16,368 bases of DNA from a virus. The notes under the pieces were generated by a model. It worked only from the letters and a program-made list of their open reading frames with translations, did not search any database and was not told the DNA's origin. How positions within the stretch are numbered: position 1 is the stretch's first letter; each line of letters begins with the position of its first letter. The stretch is taken from positions 1 through 16,368 of the IMG/VR virus record IMGVR_UViG_3300031087_000010; one strand, given 5' to 3'. The position numbers were made by a program, and so were the translations under genes. Positions 1 through 6,138 of the stretch are shown here, piece after piece.

Positions 1-127
1 GGGGGGGGGTGTCCGCTGGGACACCCCCCCCGGTGTCCGCCAGGACAGGGGGTGTCCGCTGGGACACCCGGTGCTGTGCGGAACGGTCACAGTCGGCCGG
101 GCACTTGACGAGGATCTCGTAACGGTT
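1..127. repeat. Terminal overlap, copy 1 (identical to 16242-16368)
   Basis: Base-by-base comparison: the G9 run, three TGTCC-N4-GGACA sites and the following 60 nt are identical at both window ends. Unit length is 16,241 bp. Confidence 0.97.
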
Positions 128-364
128 CGGGCGGCTGTAGTCGTTCATGTTCCGCGTGCCCCCGCCTTGGATCTCTCGGGATACCTCGCCGAGCGCGATC
201 AGGCGCTGCAGCGACTTCTGGATCGCCCGAGGCTCGACGTTGCAGTACTTCGCCAGGGTGGACACCGCAGGCCACGCCCCGCCGTCGCCGTCGTGGTTCG
301 CGATGCCGACGAGGACGAGCTTGTCGCCCGCCTGCGCCCGCGAGTGGTGCAGAACGATCGCCAT
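2..364 (-). CDS. Winged-helix replication-initiator-like DNA-binding protein, N-terminal part (gene continues across the junction at 16241)
   Basis: ATG at 364-362; an alternative GTG at 379-377 is preceded by AAGGGGG. My translation: MAIVLHHSRAQAGDKLVLVGIANHDGDGGAWPAVSTLAKYCNVEPRAIQKSLQRLIALGEVSREIQGGGTRNMNDYSRPNRYEILVKCPADCDRSAQHRVSQRTPP... There is no stop before position 1. It is in frame (99 codons) with track ORF 15976-16308 through the 127-bp identity. It is absent from the supplied ORF track because it runs off the edge. The pattern (..ANHDGDGG.WP.V.TLA..C.V..R.IQ..L..L...G.V......NRYE) resembles the HTH_36/DnaD-like winged-helix class of plasmid and phage initiators. Confidence 0.8.
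   Translation of the reverse strand, partial: MAIVLHHSRAQAGDKLVLVGIANHDGDGGAWPAVSTLAKYCNVEPRAIQKSLQRLIALGEVSREIQGGGTRNMNDYSRPNRYEILVKCPADCDRSAQHRVSQRTPPVLADTGGGVPADTPP
10..66. repeat. Three TGTCC-N4-GGACA palindromes (10-23, 34-47, 53-66), duplicate image of 16251-16307
   Basis: TGTCCGCTGGGACA, TGTCCGCCAGGACA and TGTCCGCTGGGACA read directly. They lie inside the terminal overlap, so they are the same physical sites as at the window end. Confidence 0.9.
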
Positions 365-458
365 ACTCTCAACACTCACGCCTGCCCCCTTCTAGCGTCG
401 ATCCGGGCCTGCCATAAGGCCAGGGCCACCCACGCCCCCGCGAGGCGCTCAGCGGCGC

Positions 459-848
459 TCACAGCTCCCCCCAGCTACCCTCGGCGCGGGTGCTGCCGTC
501 GGGGTTTATTACTCGATACGTTGCCCCGCGTGATCCGGTGGCGACGGCGATCGCCTCGGCCTGCAGCTGCGCCTCGCGCTCGTCGCTGAGCCGTTTCGTT
601 TCCGCCCGCTCTGCTGCCAGCACGTAAGCGTCGTGATCGGCCTTGCGAGCCTCGCGACGAGCGATCAGTTCACGGCCGGTCATGTAGGCGTTGTTATCCT
701 CGCCGCCGTCGTTGTAGGCGCATTCCCAGCCCTCGTGCCACGCCTCGGCGAGCATCAGGCGCAGCATCTTCTCGCGGTCCTGTGCATAGGGCAGGGCCTC
801 GATCAGTTCGAGCTGCTCGCGGGCGGTGAGCTTGTTGTCGTTTTCCAT
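459..848 (-). CDS. Hypothetical protein, 129 aa
   Basis: Internal ATG (848-846) of track ORF 459-1226; it overlaps the upstream TAA by 1 nt (TAATG). Sequence MENDNKLTAREQLELIEALPYAQDREKMLRL... The longer N-terminal extension overlaps the XRE gene in another frame and is Arg/Pro-rich. Confidence 0.75.
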   Translation of the reverse strand: MENDNKLTAREQLELIEALPYAQDREKMLRLMLAEAWHEGWECAYNDGGEDNNAYMTGRELIARREARKADHDAYVLAAERAETKRLSDEREAQLQAEAIAVATGSRGATYRVINPDGSTRAEGSWGEL

Positions 849-1081
849 TACAGACCTTTCGTGAATAGCACGGCCTCGGCGAGCAGCTCGCCGGGGGTGC
901 ATTGAAAATGGTTTGCCAGTGTCGCGAGATCCGCGACATTGAACCGGGTCCGGCCGAGCAGCCGATCGGATACTTTCTGCTGAGGTATGCCCAGCAGTTC
1001 GGCGACTTGCGCCTGCGTCATGTTTCGTTCGCGCATCGCCTCGGCGACTCGCTCGGGTAACACTTTCTCGGTGTAGATCAC
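848..1081 (-). CDS. XRE/Cro-CI-type helix-turn-helix transcriptional regulator, 77 aa
   Basis: NMTQAQVAELLGIPQQKVSDRLLGRTRFNVADLATLANHF is a classic XRE HTH layout. GTG start at 1081-1079. It is the first gene after a 161-bp gap. Confidence 0.85.
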   Translation of the reverse strand: MIYTEKVLPERVAEAMRERNMTQAQVAELLGIPQQKVSDRLLGRTRFNVADLATLANHFQCTPGELLAEAVLFTKGL

Positions 1082-1087
1082 GAGAAC

Positions 1088-1096
1088 AATCTAACA
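1088..1096 (-). promoter_or_regulatory. Candidate extended -10 element (TGT-TAGATT) for a leaderless XRE-gene transcript
   Basis: Minus strand reads ..GAGTGTTAGATTGTTCTCGTG. TAGATT fits TANNNT and is preceded by TGn. Exactly 6 nt separate it from the GTG start, which puts the predicted +1 on the start codon. No convincing -35. Confidence 0.3.
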
Positions 1097-1146
1097 CTCT
1101 TTGGGTGTGGCTAGTGACCATTCCGGGCACCCTCTTAACTGTTTGT

Positions 1147-1189
1147 AGGATCTCTACAACCGGGCGCGGTGCCCGGCTGCAGAGATCCT
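1147..1189 (-). promoter_or_regulatory. 43-bp near-perfect palindrome (19-nt arms, 5-nt loop): operator, or terminator-like hairpin at the end of the late block
   Basis: AGGATCTCTACAACCGGGC-GCGGT-GCCCGGCTGCAGAGATCCT. The two arm mismatches (1156/1180 and 1159/1177) are A-C on the plus strand but G-U wobbles in the minus-strand (sense) RNA. Confidence 0.6.
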
Positions 1190-1206
1190 TGATTTCTAGG
1201 GGTTTT

Positions 1207-1229
1207 TGTCGGCCGCGGGCCGGCATTTT
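1207..1229 (+). terminator. Plus-strand-oriented intrinsic-terminator-like hairpin plus T4
   Basis: TGTCGGCC-GCG-GGCCGGCA followed by TTTTC. The single imperfect pair (1209/1223) is U-G on the plus strand and A-C on the minus strand. No supported plus-strand gene lies upstream. Confidence 0.3.
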
Positions 1230-1242
1230 CGTAGTAGGTTCC

Positions 1243-1593
1243 CTACATACCGGCGGCCACGCTGCCCCAAGGGATCTTGGTCGCGACGGTGAACACGACG
1301 CCGAACGCTGCCAGGATAAAGCCGCCGATCGCGAGATTCTTCGAGCCTGCGTTCTCCTGCTGCTTTTCGAGGTCCTCGATCCGGTCGTGATTGGACTGGA
1401 TACGCTCGGTGTGGGTCGCGAGCAGTTTGCCCTTGTCCCCGAGGCGGCCGTGAACCGTCGTCATGTCGGCCTCTAGCTTGGTGATCCGCTGCCCCTGATC
1501 GCTGAGAGCTTGGTGCAGCATCCCTTTCATTTCCGCGACGGCTACCTGCAGCCCGACGATGCCCGGCGGCTGCATCTGCTGTTCATCGCTCAT
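1243..1593 (-). CDS. Lysis-cassette membrane protein, coiled-coil N-terminus plus C-terminal TM anchor (XhlA-like architecture), 116 aa
   Basis: Internal ATG 1593-1591, preceded by GCGGGG, overlaps the holin end by 11 nt. Sequence MSDEQQMQPPGIVGLQVAVAEMKGML...HDRIEDLEKQQENAGSKNLAIGGFILAAFGVVFTVATKIPW has a heptad-like region followed by one hydrophobic helix. Confidence 0.7.
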   Translation of the reverse strand: MSDEQQMQPPGIVGLQVAVAEMKGMLHQALSDQGQRITKLEADMTTVHGRLGDKGKLLATHTERIQSNHDRIEDLEKQQENAGSKNLAIGGFILAAFGVVFTVATKIPWGSVAAGM

Positions 1594-1801
1594 ATCGGCC
1601 CCGCTTGCGCTTGAACAGGCGCAGCCAGCCGGTGCCCTCGGTCTTGATCCAGGCACCGGCCCCGGCGATCAGCAGCGTGATCGACGCCGACACGAGCGGG
1701 GGCAGGTTCCCTTGTGGATCGAGCAGGTACAGGACGAGGATCGCTGCAGCGCCCGCGTACCCGCCCGCTTGGACTTTTTCTGTCGGTGTGAGGTTACCCA
1801 T
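1583..1801 (-). CDS. Holin, 72 aa, two predicted TM helices and a basic C-terminus
   Basis: GGYAGAAAILVLYLL and PLVSASITLLIAGAGAWI hydrophobic segments, then the LFKRKRGRYER tail. It lies downstream of the endolysin. Confidence 0.8.
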   Translation of the reverse strand: MGNLTPTEKVQAGGYAGAAAILVLYLLDPQGNLPPLVSASITLLIAGAGAWIKTEGTGWLRLFKRKRGRYER

Positions 1802-1854
1802 TTGAGAGTCTTTCTAGGATGTCGAGCAGCAGCGAACCGGCGAGGAAACCCTGC

Positions 1855-1888
1855 GCCGCGAGCCATAAGCTCGCGGCTGCAGAGATCC
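1855..1888 (-). promoter_or_regulatory. 9-bp-stem hairpin fused to the second copy of the CGGCTGCAGAGATCC motif
   Basis: GCCGCGAGC-CATAA-GCTCGCGGC (1855-1877). The 15-mer CGGCTGCAGAGATCC at 1874-1888 is identical to 1174-1188, exactly 700 bp away. Both copies are in non-coding gaps and each abuts a GC hairpin in the same register. Confidence 0.5.
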
Positions 1889-1921
1889 AGGCCGTGACCG
1901 TGAGTAGGGAGCAGCACAGGC

Positions 1922-2584
1922 TTAGGGCAGGTTCAGGATCTGCCCGACGTGAATCACGTTCGGGTCCGGGATCTGCGGGTTCGCCGCGATCAGCGCGTTC
2001 ACGTCCACGCCGAACTGCAGGGCGATCAGGCCCATCGTGTCGCCCTGCTCGACGATGCACCGCTGCCGTACGTCGATCCGGGCCGCTGCCCCGGTGTCGA
2101 GAATGTTCTCGGCCCGCAGGCGCAGCCAGCCGAGCAGCGGGCCGGTGCCGGGCTGGGACCAGCCGAGCCGGGCGCGGTGCATGGGCTTGGCTGAGTACCA
2201 GCCACCATCGACAAACTGCCGGGGTTCGGCGTAGCCGTCCTGCTGCAGCACGTCGGCCCCGGCCACGTCCACGGACAGGGCCGCGCAGACGTGGCCGTGC
2301 GGGTTGATCCCGTCCCCGCCATAGACGAGCCAGTCGCCCCGCTGCGGCAGGTGGTTCGGGTCGTTGGGGTTGTTGTCGTGCCGCTCCCAGAACCGATCGG
2401 GCACCCGATCGAGCAGCTCGCGGGCACCGTTCACGCCGCCCACTGATTCCGGCCAGGGAACGCCGGTCAGGACTTGGGCGAACTCGTCGATCGGATCGAC
2501 GCATTGCAGCCCGAACCGGCCGTCGGGGTTCATCTTGATCCCCTCGGCGGTGCGCAGCCATTCTTCTTCCTCGGGATGGGTCAT
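1922..2584 (-). CDS. Endolysin: N-terminal CHAP-type cysteine peptidase/amidase plus C-terminal LysM, 220 aa
   Basis: ATG 2584-2582 preceded by AGGAG (AATCTAGGAGAACAAAAATG). FGLQCVDPIDEF (Cys), HGHVCAAL (His) and VLQQDG fit a CHAP triad. The C-terminal IVEQGDTMGLIALQFGVDVNALIAANPQIPDPNVIHVGQILNLP is LysM-like. Confidence 0.88.
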   Translation of the reverse strand: MTHPEEEEWLRTAEGIKMNPDGRFGLQCVDPIDEFAQVLTGVPWPESVGGVNGARELLDRVPDRFWERHDNNPNDPNHLPQRGDWLVYGGDGINPHGHVCAALSVDVAGADVLQQDGYAEPRQFVDGGWYSAKPMHRARLGWSQPGTGPLLGWLRLRAENILDTGAAARIDVRQRCIVEQGDTMGLIALQFGVDVNALIAANPQIPDPNVIHVGQILNLP

Positions 2585-2621
2585 TTTTGTTCTCCTAGAT
2601 TGATCGTGCGGGTTGTTGGGT

Positions 2622-4583
2622 TCAGGGCAGGTAGCTGAGTGAGTCGAAATGGCTGTTACTGACGGCCGCCCACACGTCATCGCCCTCGCCGGGGCCGTGG
2701 GTCAGGTGTACGCCGTCGGCCTGAATCAGCGCGGACCATTCGGCGCGGCGCCGGGTGAACTCCTCGAATACCGGGATATAGCCGAATTTCATCGCGTCCG
2801 CGTAGGCCCTGAGTTCGAGGTTGCGGGCCGCGTGCAGCGTCCGGCCGGTGACGGGCCGGGGCGATGCCTCGGGGTTCTGTGAGGACACGATGAGTCCCGC
2901 CTTGGGGAACGCCGTGCGTACCTTGTCGATGTACGCCTGAAAGATCGGCATAAAGTCGGCGACGGTGACGCCGTTGTAGTTGTGCCCCATCGCGACAATC
3001 ATCAGATCCGGGGCGGTGGGGAACATCGAGGTAAACCAGGTGGTGTGATAGGCGAGGTTCGCGCCGGGCATCGTGCCGTTGAGGATGGTCAGGGTCTGCA
3101 GGGTCGCGGCCTCGGGGGCGCGGACCTGAAACAGGCGGATCTCATCGCCTACGGTGTCGGCGCTGATCGCCCCGAAACCGTGCCGGGTGTACGGGGCGAG
3201 GATCGCGTCGTCGGCGTCGGTGATCGCCGCCGTGAGCGTCACGCCGTTGATCGTGGCGGTGACGGCCGCGCCGGGGCCGGGCTTGTAGTGGATCTCGATC
3301 GCGTAGATCCCGTCGGCCGGTATCGCGGTGTTCCCGGTGGTGGCGATCTGCGCCCCGACGCCGTTGATCGTCTTGTTGATGGTCGCGGTCCAGGTCGAGG
3401 CCCCCCGGATCAGGCGCAGCTCGACGATGCTGTCACTGAAAAACAGGCCGGACTTGACATAGAACCGCATCTGCGCCGTTGTCGCGGGCACCGCTACGGC
3501 CTTATAGGTGTATTTGGTGTAGGTCTGCCCGCCCTGCCCGCTGCTGATAAGGACTTTGCCGTAGCCGCTGCCTGCCGTGGCTTTCGCGGCCGTGCCGGTC
3601 ACGTCCCAGTTATCGGCCCCGGACTGGTATTCCCAGGCCGACAGGCCGAGGGTGGGGGCGGTGCCCTTGATGTCGGCGGCCGTCCGGTCGAACCTGTCGT
3701 CGATCATCGTCGAGAGTTCGGTGTTCGGCGTCCCGGCTTGCACCGTGGTATCGACGAGGGCCTTGGACGAGTCGCTCCATCGCCGGTACAGCACGCGCAG
3801 CGCGGGATGCTTGGCAGCGAAATGATCGGCGAGCTTGCGCACCCATGCGGTGTTGTCGTAGCCGGTTGAGTCGGTGGTGACCGCGAGAACCGCGTCGCCC
3901 TGCCCGTTGTCAAGTTTGGCCATGAGCCGCTGCCCCTGATCGACGGCGTCGAGCTTCGAGGCCGCCGCAGCGGTCGCGGCCGCCGTCGCCTCGGCGGGGG
4001 TCGCGAACTGCTCGCCGAGGGCCGCAGCGAACGGGTTCGGGCCGCTGGACTGGTTCACGAAATCGGCGAGGGCCTGCGCGTCCTCGGCCGCGCCGGTCGC
4101 GTTGTATCCGGTCGGGCCGCGCAGGTTCGCTTTGTAGGCCCAGCCCTGCCCGTCGAACTCGGACAGGTCCCCGGTGTCCGGGTCGATCCACCACGTACCG
4201 GCCGAGGCGAGGATCGGCGGCTGCGTCCCGGTCCACACGAGGCCGGGGTTAGCCGGTACCCGCAGCAGGTCCCCGAGCGCCCCGCCCTCGGGCGGTACCA
4301 GCAGCTTCCAGGGCAGCAGCTCGGAAACCATCATGCGGGTGTCCTGATCCCGGTAACGGATCTCGACGGTGTAGTGCGTCGTTTCGGGGGCGATCAGCGT
4401 CGTCGAGACGAGATCAACCTCGAAAAAACCGTTGGCGGCCGGGACCACCTCGACGGCTTTACGGGCCGAGAGAATGTTCAGCCCGGCGAGGCCGGTCGAG
4501 CTGGCACGAAAGAGCAGCGCGGGGCTTTCGTAGAGCAGCGGGTCGAGGCCGAAATCTGTGAGTGTTCCATTGACGAGCGGCAT
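2622..4583 (-). CDS. Minor tail / receptor-binding protein with C-terminal SGNH (GDSL-like) hydrolase signature, 653 aa
   Basis: ATG overlaps the upstream TAA by 1 nt. It is the last tail gene before lysis. Candidate SGNH blocks: LAVTTDSTG (I), LNGTMPGAN (II), VAMGHNY (III), ADGVHLT (V). About 220 aa lie between blocks I and II. Confidence 0.8.
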   Translation of the reverse strand: MPLVNGTLTDFGLDPLLYESPALLFRASSTGLAGLNILSARKAVEVVPAANGFFEVDLVSTTLIAPETTHYTVEIRYRDQDTRMMVSELLPWKLLVPPEGGALGDLLRVPANPGLVWTGTQPPILASAGTWWIDPDTGDLSEFDGQGWAYKANLRGPTGYNATGAAEDAQALADFVNQSSGPNPFAAALGEQFATPAEATAAATAAAASKLDAVDQGQRLMAKLDNGQGDAVLAVTTDSTGYDNTAWVRKLADHFAAKHPALRVLYRRWSDSSKALVDTTVQAGTPNTELSTMIDDRFDRTAADIKGTAPTLGLSAWEYQSGADNWDVTGTAAKATAGSGYGKVLISSGQGGQTYTKYTYKAVAVPATTAQMRFYVKSGLFFSDSIVELRLIRGASTWTATINKTINGVGAQIATTGNTAIPADGIYAIEIHYKPGPGAAVTATINGVTLTAAITDADDAILAPYTRHGFGAISADTVGDEIRLFQVRAPEAATLQTLTILNGTMPGANLAYHTTWFTSMFPTAPDLMIVAMGHNYNGVTVADFMPIFQAYIDKVRTAFPKAGLIVSSQNPEASPRPVTGRTLHAARNLELRAYADAMKFGYIPVFEEFTRRRAEWSALIQADGVHLTHGPGEGDDVWAAVSNSHFDSLSYLP

Positions 4584-4936
4584 TAGCGTTTAGTCCTTTC
4601 GATGGTGGCGACTTTGAGGCGCAGCTCGTCGAGCTGCTGCTGCTTTTCCGGGGGCAGCACGGCGGGTTTGTCCGCGAGGTCCCGCAGGCCCTGTTCGAGG
4701 TCGTCGAGCCGGGCCGCGAGCCGGGCCGCGTTGCCCTCGGGTGAGGCCGCCGCTGCCAGCGCGTCGAGGATCTCGGCGAGCCGGATCTCGGCCGCGTCGA
4801 GCCGGGGGCCGAGGTCGGGGATCGCCCGCAGCGCAGCCTCGGCCGCGAGCCGGGCGACGGTTTCGAGGGTGGTCGGTTCGGGGGCGGCCGGTTCGGGCAC
4901 CGGGGGCAGCTCGGCCTCGGGGGTGGGTTCGGTCAT
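4583..4936 (-). CDS. Hypothetical tail-module protein, Pro/Ala-rich N-terminus plus coiled coil, 117 aa
   Basis: Internal ATG 4936-4934 forms an ATGA overlap with the upstream stop. Sequence MTEPTPEAELPPVPEPAAPEPTTLETVARLAAEA...QQQLDELRLKVATIERTKR. The longer track ORF extension overlaps the upstream gene. Confidence 0.7.
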   Translation of the reverse strand: MTEPTPEAELPPVPEPAAPEPTTLETVARLAAEAALRAIPDLGPRLDAAEIRLAEILDALAAAASPEGNAARLAARLDDLEQGLRDLADKPAVLPPEKQQQLDELRLKVATIERTKR

Positions 4937-6138
4937 AGTGTCCTGCCTAGGGTGATGTCGGTTGACCATTTTTTGCCGGTCCAGGTGGCACGCCCCGCCA
5001 TGACAAACGAGCGGATCAGGCCGGGGGCGAGGGTTGTCGCTGCGGGCACGCTCAGGGCGGCCGTGCCCCGCGTATCGACGGCGAGCAGGTTCAGCAGCGG
5101 GGCGGTGTCCAGGGCGCGGGAATCGGGCAGCTGCAGATCCGTCGGCCGCCACTTGTTCGCGGTGTCGAGCCAGTAGTTGACCACGGACCGCAACTGAGCG
5201 CCGAACGCCGCCTGATCCGCGCCGCCGAGCGATGTTTCGATCTCTACCTGCCGGAAACCGTAGGCATCCTGCAGGGCCGAGTTATCCACGAAAACGGGGG
5301 TCAGGTTCATGCGGACCTCGAACCGGGTCGAGTCCCGGTTCGCGTCCGTTTCGATCGCGTTGAACGAGGCGATCTGAACATCGGTAATCATGTCCTCGGG
5401 GGACTTCTCCCAGTCGATCCCGCGCCGCACGGCCGAGGTTGGCAGCACGGCCATACCCGAGGCACCGGCCGGGGCGGTGCCGGTCCACACGCCCCGGCTG
5501 CCGGGGCCGGGCACGCTGCCGGGGTACGTCTTGCCCCGCTCGGGACTGAACGTGAGCCGTTTTGACAGGCCCGCGCCGGGGGTGTAGTAGCTCGTGTCGT
5601 GATACCGGTAAAGGTAGGACCTGCAGAACCGCTCGGCGAGTTTGAGCCACTCGATCGACTTGTACTGCTGTTTGGTCTGCGCCACGCTGCCCCCGGTGCT
5701 GCCGGTGAGCTGCCAGCCTCGGGGCAGTTCCGAGGCCAGGGTGTTGAACCGGATCGAGGCTGCGGTGTTCGCGTCGTAGTTGACGTCGATCGCCTTGTGC
5801 TTCTGCAGCTCGGCCAGGGGCGAGGCGGCCGTGAACGAGACACGCATCGCCCCGCGTACCGAGTCGTCGGGGGTGGCTTTGAGCGGGGCGAGGTTGCCCG
5901 CGAACAGGCACCGGGACGATACCGGATCGACGAGGCCCACAGGTGCCCCGACTTCCAGCCACGCGGGCATCGCGCCCCGGATCAGGAACTGCCCCGAGAG
6001 TTTGCTCGGCGGGTCCATTTCGAGGCGTGAGTCGTTGCCCCAGCCGATCGACAGCCCGGCCAGGGCAGGCCGGGGATCGGCTGCTGCGGTTTGCATCAGT
6101 TGCCCGGCGATGTAGAGATCCGGTTTCCCGAGGCTCAT
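4933..6138 (-). CDS. Minor tail protein in the distal-tail (Dit) position, 401 aa
   Basis: Immediately follows the tape measure with an ATGA overlap (6135-6138). Function is assigned by synteny only. Confidence 0.75.
   Translation of the reverse strand: MSLGKPDLYIAGQLMQTAAADPRPALAGLSIGWGNDSRLEMDPPSKLSGQFLIRGAMPAWLEVGAPVGLVDPVSSRCLFAGNLAPLKATPDDSVRGAMRVSFTAASPLAELQKHKAIDVNYDANTAASIRFNTLASELPRGWQLTGSTGGSVAQTKQQYKSIEWLKLAERFCRSYLYRYHDTSYYTPGAGLSKRLTFSPERGKTYPGSVPGPGSRGVWTGTAPAGASGMAVLPTSAVRRGIDWEKSPEDMITDVQIASFNAIETDANRDSTRFEVRMNLTPVFVDNSALQDAYGFRQVEIETSLGGADQAAFGAQLRSVVNYWLDTANKWRPTDLQLPDSRALDTAPLLNLLAVDTRGTAALSVPAATTLAPGLIRSFVMAGRATWTGKKWSTDITLGRTL

Noticed and set aside
444-461. Direct repeat GGCGCTCA-GC-GGCGCTCA at the end of the 129-aa gene
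   Set aside because: Only 8 bp repeated twice, overlapping a stop codon, with no supporting structure or second occurrence.
71-589. 172-aa plus-strand ORF at the window start
   Set aside because: It is antisense to the well-supported winged-helix gene. Its Arg/Ala/Val/Pro-rich composition is typical of shadow ORFs in high-G+C DNA, and it has no motif or ribosome-binding site.
459-1226. N-terminal extensions of track ORFs (459-1226, 1243-1656, 1922-2680, 4583-5152, 15433-15882, 15656-15994)
   Set aside because: The extensions overlap the preceding gene in another frame and are compositionally aberrant. Internal ATGs give ATGA or TAATG coupling, or a good Shine-Dalgarno (AGGAG for the endolysin), so the shorter genes were preferred.
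1802-1921. Possible small membrane peptide (..SLLTVTAWISAAASLWLAAQGFLAGSLLLDILERLSNG) in the endolysin-holin gap
   Set aside because: That frame has no ATG, GTG or TTG after the endolysin stop, and it only exists as the tail of the rejected 1794-2561 shadow ORF.
1794-2561. 255-aa minus-strand ORF overlapping the endolysin, and other alternative-frame minus ORFs (2026-2427, 5282-5962, 5388-5843, 3910-4236, 8846-9223, 11171-11575, 15789-16193)
   Set aside because: They are out of frame with genes that carry clear catalytic or structural motifs, and they are extremely Arg/Pro-rich. These are frame-shadow artefacts.
2982-3869. Long plus-strand ORFs: 2982-3869, 6474-7163, 8590-9216, 10379-11236, 11742-12311, 13143-13781 and similar
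   Set aside because: Each lies fully antisense to a minus-strand gene with recognisable motifs. Their translations are Arg/Gly/Pro/Asp-rich low-complexity sequence, as expected for stop-poor antisense frames at about 66% G+C.
4161-4179. GGACA-N9-TGTCC inside the tail gene, and isolated GGTGTCC half-sites (e.g. 254-262, 5104-5110, 15155-15161), as extra initiator-binding sites
   Set aside because: GGT-GTC-C and GG-ACA strings are frequent codon combinations at this G+C content. The spacing and orientation differ from the array, so chance is the simplest explanation.
6111-6121. TGTAGAGATCC 11-mer matching one arm of the 1147-1189 palindrome
   Set aside because: An 11-nt match inside coding sequence at the tape measure/Dit junction is within chance expectation for 16 kb.
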